This document shows positions 48,762 to 58,733 of a stretch of DNA of 64,000 nucleotides, in pieces. The DNA comes from a virus, in IMG/VR virus record IMGVR_UViG_3300037325_000203; one strand, given 5' to 3'. The notes under the pieces were generated by a model. That model saw nothing but the letters and a program-made list of their open reading frames with translations, was not told the DNA's origin and made no database searches. Each line of letters begins with the position of its first letter. Position 1 is the stretch's first letter. The position numbers and the translations under genes are program-made.

Positions 48762-49223
48762 TTACATACTTGCATCGTCCAGACCTGCCACACGCAATTT
48801 AACAATGTGTCCAGTCATGAAATTCTTTGCTTCGAAGCCCTTTGTGATACCCAAAAACTTATTCCTCAGCAGTGCAACTTCATTTATTAGCATAGTCGAA
48901 TCGACAATACCGGGGACTCCGTCTACGTATTTCTCAGCATCTCGAGAACTTAATACCTTGTTATATGCTTCTATAAATACTTTAAATTGAGCCGATCTAT
49001 CCTTTTTCAACTGTATGTTGAGGTATTCCAGAACTGCCTCAATTTCTTGTAATTGGGAATACCTATGCTCGACTACGCCGGGCAGTTCTGCGGCATGCTT
49101 CTCTAGCGTCTTCCCTTTTAGTGATAATTCCATTCTTGCTTTATCGAGCTCTAACTCAAAAAAGCCGATAAAATCGGGGATGTTTGATAGATCACTCGTC
49201 ACTTTGTAATACCAATTGCTCAT
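48762..49223 (-). CDS. uvsY: Recombination mediator UvsY-like
   Basis: Coiled coil, LSSRDAEKYVDG, KLR.AG; between uvsX and uvsW. Confidence 0.7.
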   Translation of the reverse strand: MSNWYYKVTSDLSNIPDFIGFFELELDKARMELSLKGKTLEKHAAELPGVVEHRYSQLQEIEAVLEYLNIQLKKDRSAQFKVFIEAYNKVLSSRDAEKYVDGVPGIVDSTMLINEVALLRNKFLGITKGFEAKNFMTGHIVKLRVAGLDDASM

Positions 49224-49344
49224 CTTGTTTCACATTTTTTATAAATCTTATAGCCGGAGTGTTCGAGCAATAAAAATGCCCAGTCGTATAAATGGAGCGA
49301 GACATTTAATCTGCCGATTTCCTTATTAGTCTCATGCTTGCCAT

Positions 49345-49650
49345 TCATAGTTTATAAACTCTTTTAATTGCAATCTCCATTGCATGAACTAAGCGCGAAG
49401 CTCTTTGTGACCTCGACATTAATACTCTTTTAATCGCCATAGCTCTTGGAGGGACCGATAGGTCTTCTGCCAATGCTTTATGCAGTCTGGTCAGATTTGC
49501 AGGTTCAGATACCCAAAAAACGTAGTCAGAACCGACAGTTGCATCTCTCATGTTTTCTCTGAACTGCTGGACTTGCGTAATGGTCATCTGGACATCCTTG
49601 CTCTTGATTGTCTCGAGTAAAAGCTCGCCGAATTCGCCGGCTTTAATCAT
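49345..49650 (-). CDS. Hypothetical protein
   Basis: Start moved to MIKAGE (GAGG RBS). Confidence 0.6.
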   Translation of the reverse strand: MIKAGEFGELLLETIKSKDVQMTITQVQQFRENMRDATVGSDYVFWVSEPANLTRLHKALAEDLSVPPRAMAIKRVLMSRSQRASRLVHAMEIAIKRVYKL

Positions 49651-49879
49651 CGCTGATATCCTCGTCTGATTCGTCTTCGTTAAACTCGGCCAAGTGACTT
49701 CGGGCTGCTGCACTCAGTTCTTTATCAAGTTCCTCACTCAGGAGACTCTCTGTTACTAGCCCAAACTCGTCGAAGACTGCGACAAAAATATCTGCCACTT
49801 CAAGTCTTTCCTTAGGAGCAACGTGGGACTTTATACGAGCCCACAACTCCAATAATAATTCGTTATTGTCGTTTACCAT
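49643..49879 (-). CDS. Small acidic hypothetical protein
   Basis: GGAG RBS; follows uvsX. Confidence 0.65.
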   Translation of the reverse strand: MVNDNNELLLELWARIKSHVAPKERLEVADIFVAVFDEFGLVTESLLSEELDKELSAAARSHLAEFNEDESDEDISDD

Positions 49880-49882
49880 TTC

Positions 49883-50986
49883 TTAATCTCCATGAACAAC
49901 TACCAACCCGGGTAATTCGTCCCCGTTATCCTTAATTACTACGATCAAATCTTCTTTTGTAAATTCATCCATAAGTATTTTCATACTATCTAAATCATTG
50001 TTCCATGCTTTCTTGAACTGTTTGATTACCTTACCGGTAATCTTCGAAGTGTAAACATAACTATTCCCTTCCTTCACGAGCTTTCCTGCTTTGTCGAACA
50101 GATCAAATAATCCAGATGTTGGGTTCATGCCCGTCTCCCACGGAATATCAATCTTAATAGACTCAAACGGCTTTGAATACCGAGTTTTAACAACTTTACA
50201 AGTTGCACGAATTCCTCGGATATCGGATCCTGTAGTTTTATTACCATCCTCATCTTCTTTAAGTTTGTACTTCTTCATAGCAATAACTATGCTGGAGGCA
50301 AACATAAAACCAGATCCGCCAGAAATTTTATCATCGGGGTCAAACATGTCTTGACTTGCGTATGTATGGTTAGTAACTACCATACCCATGTTCAGATCTC
50401 CAAACATGTTTACACAGTTGGAAACAAACGCCTTTAGCTGCTTTGCTTTGCGACCCATGTCACCCTTCATATCAGCTGCTTCGAACTGCTTCACCTCAGT
50501 AGGTGTTAGTAACATACCCAGAGAGTCGATAATGAAAAGTATCTTTGGACGATCTGGTTTAGGAAGATCCATGTGATTGGCTTTGTAGTCTGTCACAAAG
50601 GCATGAACGATGCCTGCAACATCATCGATCATAGATGCACTAATTCGAAGTAACTTGTCCTCCGATGTGTCTACTCCGAGTGGAATTAACCACTTTTCAT
50701 CTAAGGCGTTTTCTGTATCGATCATAACAACAAAAATGCCTTGCTCTTGTGCATGCTTTGCAATGTTGCCAGATACGATGTAAGATTTGCCGGCGCCTGA
50801 TTCGCCTGCAAACACTGTTACCTTACCCATCGGTACTCCTTTGTCGAAGTCTCCGCTAATAAGATAGTTTAATCCGTAGGATCCTGTACTTATCCAGGTA
50901 TCCGGATCATTAAAACCGGTCGAAATGCCGGTAATGCTCTTAGTAAGAGTTTTTCTAAATTTACTTATGTCGAATGGTCTAGTCAT
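49883..50986 (-). CDS. uvsX: RecA-like recombinase UvsX
   Basis: AGESGAGKS, IDTENA, IDSLG, TNHTY, SGG, KTRY. Confidence 0.95.
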   Translation of the reverse strand: MTRPFDISKFRKTLTKSITGISTGFNDPDTWISTGSYGLNYLISGDFDKGVPMGKVTVFAGESGAGKSYIVSGNIAKHAQEQGIFVVMIDTENALDEKWLIPLGVDTSEDKLLRISASMIDDVAGIVHAFVTDYKANHMDLPKPDRPKILFIIDSLGMLLTPTEVKQFEAADMKGDMGRKAKQLKAFVSNCVNMFGDLNMGMVVTNHTYASQDMFDPDDKISGGSGFMFASSIVIAMKKYKLKEDEDGNKTTGSDIRGIRATCKVVKTRYSKPFESIKIDIPWETGMNPTSGLFDLFDKAGKLVKEGNSYVYTSKITGKVIKQFKKAWNNDLDSMKILMDEFTKEDLIVVIKDNGDELPGLVVVHGD

Positions 50987-51005
50987 GGCTACTACTTGTA
51001 AATGA

Positions 51006-51028
51006 TGGGGCAAGTTGACACCTGCCCC
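51006..51028 (-). terminator. GC-rich hairpin after gene 32
   Basis: GGGGCAGGT-GTCA-ACTTGCCCC; weak U tail. Confidence 0.5.
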
Positions 51029-51037
51029 GGTTAAGGA

Positions 51038-52066
51038 TTACTTGCTACGGTTTCTGATCATCGCAAGAATTTCCTGCGGTGTCTTACCACTAGAAGCAGT
51101 GCTGACTGCTGCAACAGTTTCCTTAGCCACTGCTGGAGGATCAATGTCGAACGGTGGGCCCGATGTATCATCCTCTTTTACTACAGGTTTTGTGGTTGGT
51201 ACGGTAGTTACTGGCCGGGCTGGCGCCCTCGCAGCAGGTCGGCTGGATTCGCCGTCGTCGCTTGCACCTGCACCCGACTCGAACCCAAACGGCTTGTAAA
51301 ACTGTGCCCACAATGATGGGTCATACATTTCGCCATCTAGGGATGCCTGGAACATGTCAAACATGATTGCCAGTTGCTCTGGTGTTGGGCGCTTTGGTAA
51401 ATATGTTGCCAGATCCACCAATCCAAATTGATCAATTGCCTCTTGCATTTCTGCTGCGATGCTAGATTCTTTTCTTGCCCACTTAGAGGTGCCATAGTCC
51501 GAGTAGCCGCCTTTGCTTGTCTTTGAAACAATAAAGTCAGTTCCATTGATATAGTCCACTGGACTGTTTTCCATATCAGGATCCATCAGCGCCGCTTTCA
51601 TGATTGCATAGATTTGCGGACCAATAATAAATTTACGAATTGGGTTCTCCGGGGAATCCGTTTCATTCATCGGATCCTGCTTTACAAAGCCCTGTGCGTA
51701 ATAGGTCTTCTTTACCCAATACTTACGAGCTGTGTCTTCCAGTGATTTATCCTTCCACATAGGACGGACTTCATTAAGGATAGGGCAAGTGTTTTTGCCT
51801 GTCCACATTTCTACGCAAGGCACTTGTACGGTGACTGATTTAGTTTCGTCCTGTCCCTTAATGCCTGGAAATTCCAACTTAATAAGTTGTCGTTCTGTCC
51901 AGAATAGTGTGTTATCTTCATTTGCGTCGGGTAAAAACCTGAGGAGTGTAGTTGTTCCTTCAGGAATGTTCCAGTGGGGATATGTTGACTTATCCCCAAT
52001 TTTGGGTCCCTTGCGTGTATCGAGTGCTTGTAATTTCTTACGAATTTCGTCTAATGTTTTTGACAT
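51038..52066 (-). CDS. gp32: Single-stranded DNA-binding protein (gp32-like)
   Basis: LRFLPD, VPC.EM...CPI, G.DF...K..KGGY.DY..S. Confidence 0.88.
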   Translation of the reverse strand: MSKTLDEIRKKLQALDTRKGPKIGDKSTYPHWNIPEGTTTLLRFLPDANEDNTLFWTERQLIKLEFPGIKGQDETKSVTVQVPCVEMWTGKNTCPILNEVRPMWKDKSLEDTARKYWVKKTYYAQGFVKQDPMNETDSPENPIRKFIIGPQIYAIMKAALMDPDMENSPVDYINGTDFIVSKTSKGGYSDYGTSKWARKESSIAAEMQEAIDQFGLVDLATYLPKRPTPEQLAIMFDMFQASLDGEMYDPSLWAQFYKPFGFESGAGASDDGESSRPAARAPARPVTTVPTTKPVVKEDDTSGPPFDIDPPAVAKETVAAVSTASSGKTPQEILAMIRNRSK

Positions 52067-52172
52067 GATTTTGTTTTCCTGTGCTTTAACGCTATTAATT
52101 GAGTTGCTAGCCTACTCAGGACACGTTAATCCTTTTTGCGCCTACCTTCTACGAACATTTCGTACAGCAACT

Positions 52173-52201
52173 ATTTTACGAAATTTTTATAACTTTGTCA
52201 A
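52173..52201 (-). promoter_or_regulatory. sigma70 promoter for gene 32
   Basis: TTGACA-N17-TAAAAT. Confidence 0.75.
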
Positions 52202-52208
52202 GGACTTC

Positions 52209-53693
52209 TTAATAGAAATTCTTAATATATTTATCAAACATTGTGTCTATGGCCATCGACTCTTTAATATCTTTCTTTTCTGAAAATTCTTCTATTTTTG
52301 CATTTTCAAAAACCTGAGACAGCACTGCTTTTTCGAAATCGTTTACAACACCTTCTTTACATAGCTTGGTGCCTATTTTTCCAATGAATCCTGCAAGTTC
52401 ATCATTCTCTACCAATCTGAGTGCAAGTTCGCTTAACTTAAACCCCATCCGGGCATTGTCGCTGGCAAATTCGAACATCGGCGTACTATTTATAGATCCT
52501 CGACGCAGAGTAACTGTATTTGCGGCAGCTTCTTCAATGCGTTTACGAAAGGAATCTTTTTCCTGGACTAGCTGTTTCACAATAGGGAGGACTTCCTCGA
52601 ACTTCTCGTCAAATCTACGGACGGTGAAAAGGTCTTTGAGACCCGATACATCGTCTTCGGCCAATATCTCTTGCTCTAGTGTCTCGACACGAGCCCTAAT
52701 GGTTTCATAAGTCTTTGTGCCGGTGAACTTTTTAAGTTCGGTACGAAGTGTTTCGATACTCTCTTTAATGGTCTCAATGATTCCCGAACTATCTTCATTA
52801 ATCAATTTATTCGTAGTCACGTATCGGTTAAACGACTGTAGCTTCAGTAGCTGGCTTGTACTTTCAGTGATATGGTGCCCTACCTTATCTGTCATTGTGC
52901 CGGCGTGAGCCAGGTGTTGAGCCATAGCCCTGGCGCCTGGCAAATAATTGTGAGGGAAACGAAATCGTTCGCCGTTGCTTTCTAAGAAAATAGAGGAAAT
53001 ATGGCGGCTACGCGAGCCTCTTACTGTCTCGTCCACTGGAGTTTTGTGTCTGACTAGTATCTTTACATTTTCTAATGTTTGATGTGATGTCTTTAAGGAA
53101 CCAAACATCTTACTGAAACTTTCTGTAATTGCTTCTTCCACGGACTTTCCATACACAGGCTGTTTACCCATATACTGAATAATTTCAATTTTGTCATCGT
53201 GCTGTAAGGCGTTCAATGCGCGCTGTACGTCGTTTAGGTCTGCACCGGGTATACTGGATGCGAGAGCTTCTGCTGTCATACCAGAAGTATATCCTAATTC
53301 GTGATAGACCTTAGATAACATTAGACTGTTGGTTTTGTACCCTTCCATCATGGCCGACTCCTGTTCTGCTTTAGCCTTGTAAGAGAAATCCCTTGGCTGA
53401 ATTGTTTTACCAAAAACTTTTATATCTGAATTCATCAGGAAACTATCTGCTAATTTCCTAATTTGTTTCTGTACATTTAAAATCGAATCATCATCTGTCG
53501 ACCCTTTGCTAAACTCTACAGCGTTACCTTCCTCATCTATAGTAACCATAAGGTTCGGTGTTAGTACGAAAAATCTACGGCCGTCTGCGGGATTAGTTGT
53601 TTCGGCGCCGGCCTGATCGAAAATTTTAATTTTCAATCCGTTACCTTTTAACAATGAAAAAATCTTTCCAGCAAGATCGTCTATTTCAACCAT
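52209..53693 (-). CDS. Conserved head-associated protein
   Basis: Tandem late promoters at 53712 and 53720; GERF..P...L.GARAMA.H motif. Confidence 0.65.
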   Translation of the reverse strand: MVEIDDLAGKIFSLLKGNGLKIKIFDQAGAETTNPADGRRFFVLTPNLMVTIDEEGNAVEFSKGSTDDDSILNVQKQIRKLADSFLMNSDIKVFGKTIQPRDFSYKAKAEQESAMMEGYKTNSLMLSKVYHELGYTSGMTAEALASSIPGADLNDVQRALNALQHDDKIEIIQYMGKQPVYGKSVEEAITESFSKMFGSLKTSHQTLENVKILVRHKTPVDETVRGSRSRHISSIFLESNGERFRFPHNYLPGARAMAQHLAHAGTMTDKVGHHITESTSQLLKLQSFNRYVTTNKLINEDSSGIIETIKESIETLRTELKKFTGTKTYETIRARVETLEQEILAEDDVSGLKDLFTVRRFDEKFEEVLPIVKQLVQEKDSFRKRIEEAAANTVTLRRGSINSTPMFEFASDNARMGFKLSELALRLVENDELAGFIGKIGTKLCKEGVVNDFEKAVLSQVFENAKIEEFSEKKDIKESMAIDTMFDKYIKNFY

Positions 53694-53741
53694 TTATATT
53701 TCCCTTTTCATTATTTATCTATTTATCAAACAATTGCTGTG

Positions 53742-54827
53742 TCAGATAAAAATAGGCATAGGAGAATCATAGCTGTTATCGTCTGAGGATGCTATATTAC
53801 TATTAGTTGCAGCTTGTGATTGGTCATCCCACGTAGAAATATAATCTGTCATGCGTAATGCAAGGATAAGAGCCATGATTAAATCATCTGTCTGCCCGTT
53901 TCTTGCTTCGTACGTATTACCTCTAGACACGAATACCTTAAGCTCGGAGATTATTCCCCTGGAGTTGAGTTTCAGTCGTTGGGATTCTAACAAAAACTTC
54001 AATTTGGCGCAAGCTTCGAGCTTAGACTTATTAGTAGTTACAAACCCGGCACGCCGGCCCGACTTTCCTTGTAATCTATTCTTAGGGTCGTGTAGCATTG
54101 TTCCGGGAAAGTTTTCCTCGCCTGTATCCCTAATGACTACTAATGCTGCTTCACCAAGTGTATTGCTTTCTACTGACCAGTATATTTCTGGACGCCCTGC
54201 TGCTGCCAGTTCTTCCAGTATATTACGCATAGTCCTGACCTGATCTTCAACTGGCGCCTTATTGTTACTCCATTCTGCAACTTGCACTAGCGTAGGCAGT
54301 TCAATGACCTGTATTGCAGAATTATCGCCGCCGGTTCCCATAGCAGGATCTAATGCAACAACATATGTCAGGTCTGCTCTAATCGGCGAATACCATCTTA
54401 CTTGCCCGGTCTTTCTGATCGGCTGAATGGATGTAATTTGACTTAGCTTAACGGCATTGATAAGAGTTTCTTCGAAGGTAATAAACTGGCAATTCGAAAC
54501 TAAAATACCATTTCCATAAAATCTATTGCCGCCGTGGACACCTATAACATCATAAACATTAGACACCGCACCGGTGTATATCGACCCAATAAGTTGCAAA
54601 TGTCCATAGATAGATAACACCATATCGCCTAATTTAATATCCTTTGCCTCTATCATATCACTATCATTTATATAGATCTTATGATCGTCAGTGCATTCTA
54701 AAAATATACCATTAGGAAAATCTAATCTAATTATTGCCTTTTCGCCCATGAATGCTATGCCGGCAAAAGGCATATAACCGTCAGGGGTATTTATTTGTAA
54801 TCCTAGTGTATTTTCTCTATAGATCAT
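53742..54827 (-). CDS. gp17: Split intein C-half (112 aa, long) + terminase nuclease-domain extein
   Basis: TPDGY..F...ECTDDH (block B)...VYD...FYGNGILVSN|CQF; extein has LDPAMG.GGD, ESN, DDL.MA. Confidence 0.92.
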   Translation of the reverse strand: MIYRENTLGLQINTPDGYMPFAGIAFMGEKAIIRLDFPNGIFLECTDDHKIYINDSDMIEAKDIKLGDMVLSIYGHLQLIGSIYTGAVSNVYDVIGVHGGNRFYGNGILVSNCQFITFEETLINAVKLSQITSIQPIRKTGQVRWYSPIRADLTYVVALDPAMGTGGDNSAIQVIELPTLVQVAEWSNNKAPVEDQVRTMRNILEELAAAGRPEIYWSVESNTLGEAALVVIRDTGEENFPGTMLHDPKNRLQGKSGRRAGFVTTNKSKLEACAKLKFLLESQRLKLNSRGIISELKVFVSRGNTYEARNGQTDDLIMALILALRMTDYISTWDDQSQAATNSNIASSDDNSYDSPMPIFI

Positions 54828-55872
54828 ATCTTAATATCTCATATTCTGTTAGTGTCTTAAATAACCATACTTCGTATTTATGCCCCTTAGATAAGACTGC
54901 ATCTTTCTTTTTAAGATTATTGATTAATCTCGACTTATAGATATCCTTTAGGTCGCCATTGCCATCCCACCAATACTGTGCCTTAACCTCGATGATTCGA
55001 TTTTCTGCTGGAATAAAAATATCAGGATAATATTTTAATAGTTTTCTGTCATTTGTTACATATTCGAATATAGGTAATTCATATTTTTCAAGTGAATTAT
55101 GTATGATTAAGTCGGTCTCGACATACCCTTGATTAAATAATGAATCTAATACTTTATTTTCATATCCTCGTATGTGAACTATCTTTCCGGACGGTAATAT
55201 ATAATCCTTACCTATTGCGTTAGACTGACGTGACTTCTTAATTGCCTCTGGTATAAGAAATGTACAACTCACGCCAAATTTTTCTATATTTGTCAATCGA
55301 CGGATCTGATTTATCTCATTCTGTTCTTCTATAGTTTTATTTCTATTTGTTTCTGCAGATTTCTGCCACCCTGCATAATATTCGTTTCCGTATTTTCTTA
55401 GCTTTGTAGCTCTTGATTTATTTTTATTATTAGTCGATTGAGTGGAATGTACGACCCCAAATTTTACTAAATTCGTGTCTTTTCTTTTTTTAATAATCTC
55501 ATTATATTCATCGTCTGTGCGCTGTGAGACTGCAAATTTTTTATTTGCTTTATCACTCTCTTGCTGTTCTTTAGACCATCGAGATTTAGTAGCATGTACT
55601 TCTTTTCCTACACATGCCGTACTACCGCATGTCTTGCCATAGGTGTGATCCTTTTGGTAGAATGTCTTAGGAGAATTGCAGTGCAGACACTGCTCCTTAG
55701 TACCTGTTATGTATTTTTCGTAATATTGTTGATACGAAATATTATTATTTCGTAAATGCCTAGTGAATTGCCCATTAGACTTACAATACCGCACATTGTC
55801 AATTATTGATGTAATATAGGTTGCTTCACTCATTATGATTTCGATTAAATAGTTATTTTCCAAACTATTCAT
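54817..55872 (-). mobile_element. Free-standing PD-(D/E)XK endonuclease between the terminase halves
   Basis: CxxC motifs, KFGV/KYG repeats, RGYE, YYPDIFI....IIEVK; start may be 55833. Confidence 0.8.
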
Positions 55873-55875
55873 CTC

Positions 55876-56793
55876 TTAGCCTAACATACCGAATAGGTCT
55901 CCGATTGTTATGTCGAATTTTTCAGTATTTTTATCCGATATTTGTAAGAGTGTTGTTTGCGCGCAACACTTATGCTCACGAAGGAAACGGTCCTCGCCTA
56001 AGGACGCGAGCTGTTCATCTGCCCAACTTTCGTCTCTGTCAGGATGAGCTTCCCACGTAGCCATATACGGCTTAAATCCATTAGTGCCCGTGACTGTTTC
56101 GTTGCCATTATTATCCACTAGCTTGTTGGCGTTGAACCAAATGTCGGCGAACTGGTCTTCATCGGTATTCGGCGTTGATGTGATTATGCACTTACCGCCC
56201 GTCGATAGTGTCGGTGCCAATGAAGTCCAGAATTCTTTTGCAATGTTTGCATCGACGAAAGCGAACTCATCCAGATAGATTAACGATAACGCCATTCCTC
56301 GACCTGTGTTTTGTGTAGTCGTTGTTGCCGTGATTTTAGAACCGTTGTCGAACACAATGGAGCGTTTGTTATATGTCGTTACTCCTGCTCGTATATGGTC
56401 TGGTACAGATTCATACGCATAGCGAACCCTGTCCATGATATCCTGTGCAGAGTCGTACTTGTAGGATGTTACTAATATCTGTGAATCATCGGTGAACATT
56501 GCGTACCATAGGAGATACCCTGCGGCAACAGCAGTCTTGCCCATCTGCCTACTTACCATATTCACTGATTTTTTGAAGTGAGTATATGAATCAATTAAAT
56601 CTAATTGAAAATCGTATGGTGAAAATTTTTGTTTTCCCCGGGTCGAGTGCTGCACATACATGAAGTTGGAAACAAAATACAAAGGACCCGTGTCGGGATC
56701 CATACATGCAGCGAGCTGGTCTATCTGCTCCTTTGTATAGGATACCTTTGTATACGCACGCTTAACTAACTTATCGTCTTGATATATTGCCAC
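55876..56793 (-). CDS. gp17: Terminase large subunit ATPase extein + short split intein N-half (30 aa)
   Basis: YDFQ, SRQMGKT, GRG, LDEFAF, STPN, FLREHK|CCAQTTLLQI...ITIGDLF. Confidence 0.93.
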   Translation of the reverse strand: MAIYQDDKLVKRAYTKVSYTKEQIDQLAACMDPDTGPLYFVSNFMYVQHSTRGKQKFSPYDFQLDLIDSYTHFKKSVNMVSRQMGKTAVAAGYLLWYAMFTDDSQILVTSYKYDSAQDIMDRVRYAYESVPDHIRAGVTTYNKRSIVFDNGSKITATTTTQNTGRGMALSLIYLDEFAFVDANIAKEFWTSLAPTLSTGGKCIITSTPNTDEDQFADIWFNANKLVDNNGNETVTGTNGFKPYMATWEAHPDRDESWADEQLASLGEDRFLREHKCCAQTTLLQISDKNTEKFDITIGDLFGMLG

Positions 56794-56796
56794 ATT

Positions 56797-58050
56797 TTAG
56801 TACCGGTTATCGTCTCTGTCGCTGTAGTCTCTGTCGGGCTCCGACGGAGGTATACCCTCCGCTTCTTTGTCAAACAAGGGCCCGAGCACCCCTGCATACG
56901 TTAACGGATGCAGAAGTTGCTTTATAACCGCCGGGTCTATAACTTTTATAGCATCATTAACCGAATACTCTTTCCCGTTGATGCCAATGGCATCTACATC
57001 GGGGGAAAACGCAACCGAGCTAACAGTCACATCACCTGCTACTGAATATAACTGTGTTGTATAAGTTTCGCTGTCTGTGCGGTGATTCCATCCAGTAGGA
57101 CTTTCGTCAGACTCCGTAGATACATCGCAAGATGCAGAAATATCCAGAAGATACCGTAGGTTAACCGGATTTCCTTGTCGATCTGCCACTGTTGCGCTAA
57201 ATCCCATCCAGCCGGTATAACTGATGTCTGACGATGAGGTTTTAAAATCATCGTACATGTCGACAATCTTTACTTCAGATATTTGTCGGCTCTCATTTAT
57301 TTTTTTTTTAGAAACTGCAGACTCGTTTAGGTATTTCCTATAAGCATACACCAACTCTGTATGAGTTTCTGCAACTTGCATTTTTTTCTGCTCTGGATTA
57401 TCGCCATGGCGGGCACCCGACGGACCGACTGCTTTTACTACAGGGCCGTCTGCTCCGTTTGGGAAGTAGTCATTTCCGTCTAATTCTTTTACATCGTTGT
57501 AGCCATTTTGGATATCTTCCTCGAACGATCTCTCGTCTCCCGAGTACCCGCGATCTATCCAGCCAGTGTCATTACCCGAGACATTATCTGGTTCATCATT
57601 CGGGAAAAAATCTCTCTCTAAATTTGATAAGATTTCCTCAATTTCTACGTCGTCGAGCCCTTGTTCGGACATCTCTCTTTTCACAGTATCAAAGGCTTCT
57701 TTGATGCCAACGAAATTAGAAATTAACATAGAAAACCTTGAATGTTGTTGCTGATAATTCAACTCTGTCATTTCATCCATTTCTCTCCTGGGCGTGTGTC
57801 CTCCCAGAGCTTTACTTATTCCTTTAGCTCTTTTATCTCTATTAAATGCATGTTTCTTTCGATCGTCGGCAGTCATTGCATTGCGTGCCCCCATTTCTTG
57901 GTGGCTATGGTCTGACATAGCTTTAGACATGTAGTTGCCTTTCATTCTAGAACTAATTTCGTTAAGTTCGGTCTCTACGTTCTGTGAACTGATGCCGGGT
58001 ACAGCAACAACACCTTCCATAAGATTTATTAGTTTACGCATATTACTCAT
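56797..58050 (-). CDS. Acidic head-associated protein with protease-like xE sites
   Basis: Start moved to MSNMRKLINLME; LNE/INE repeats. Confidence 0.6.
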   Translation of the reverse strand: MSNMRKLINLMEGVVAVPGISSQNVETELNEISSRMKGNYMSKAMSDHSHQEMGARNAMTADDRKKHAFNRDKRAKGISKALGGHTPRREMDEMTELNYQQQHSRFSMLISNFVGIKEAFDTVKREMSEQGLDDVEIEEILSNLERDFFPNDEPDNVSGNDTGWIDRGYSGDERSFEEDIQNGYNDVKELDGNDYFPNGADGPVVKAVGPSGARHGDNPEQKKMQVAETHTELVYAYRKYLNESAVSKKKINESRQISEVKIVDMYDDFKTSSSDISYTGWMGFSATVADRQGNPVNLRYLLDISASCDVSTESDESPTGWNHRTDSETYTTQLYSVAGDVTVSSVAFSPDVDAIGINGKEYSVNDAIKVIDPAVIKQLLHPLTYAGVLGPLFDKEAEGIPPSEPDRDYSDRDDNRY

Positions 58051-58063
58051 AGTACACCTGATT

Positions 58064-58711
58064 TTAAAATTTAGATTTCTTAATTCTGCCAAAAAATCCT
58101 ACATCATCCGATTTTAGGTTCTTTGGGCTATTAAATTCGTCGTAGCCACTTGGCAAAGTCGAATGATTTTCTGTTGATTCGGGACTTAGTGGATTAATAA
58201 CTACTGTTCTAGCACGTTCTTTACTAACTTTCTCAAGTTCTTTTAGAAAGTCGGTATTGTGTTCGGCTCCGTATGCCGGGACCTCAGTGGGATCTGGGTC
58301 ACTCCCCAGTCGAGCTTTGTATTTGGTTTTGTACTCTTCCGAGTTCCTGTCCAAGTACAAATCAGTTTCTATCTGCCTTGGATCGTTTTCGGAATATACT
58401 GCCAGGTTTGCTGGAGAAATTCCTAATGTGTTACAAATGTATGTTCTAAGGAAATCCAACGAACCTGGATAGCCTAACACTAAGTCGCAGATATAAACTG
58501 CTGTATTCTTAACATTAGGAAAGTCCAGCGGACTTTCCTGGATTGGGGTTTTCCTGAATGAAGATGCGGATTTTAGATCGTACTTCTTAAGACTTTGTTC
58601 AAGATGATCTATCATGACGTCCGACATCTCATTTACTGCAAATTTCAAGACGTACTTATAGTCTGCGTTGTTCTCTGCAACGTAATTTGAAAAAGATTTA
58701 GTATCTGCCAT
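58064..58711 (-). CDS. Conserved hypothetical late protein
   Basis: TPIQESPLDFPN motif; GGAG RBS; late promoter at 58735. Confidence 0.7.
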   Translation of the reverse strand: MADTKSFSNYVAENNADYKYVLKFAVNEMSDVMIDHLEQSLKKYDLKSASSFRKTPIQESPLDFPNVKNTAVYICDLVLGYPGSLDFLRTYICNTLGISPANLAVYSENDPRQIETDLYLDRNSEEYKTKYKARLGSDPDPTEVPAYGAEHNTDFLKELEKVSKERARTVVINPLSPESTENHSTLPSGYDEFNSPKNLKSDDVGFFGRIKKSKF

Positions 58712-58733
58712 TATAATAACTCCGGTGTTATTA

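Noticed and set aside
20280-56793. Group I introns as the explanation for the interrupted genes
   Set aside because: No non-coding space for a ribozyme core; the breaks are flanked by intein motifs that restore the protein motifs exactly
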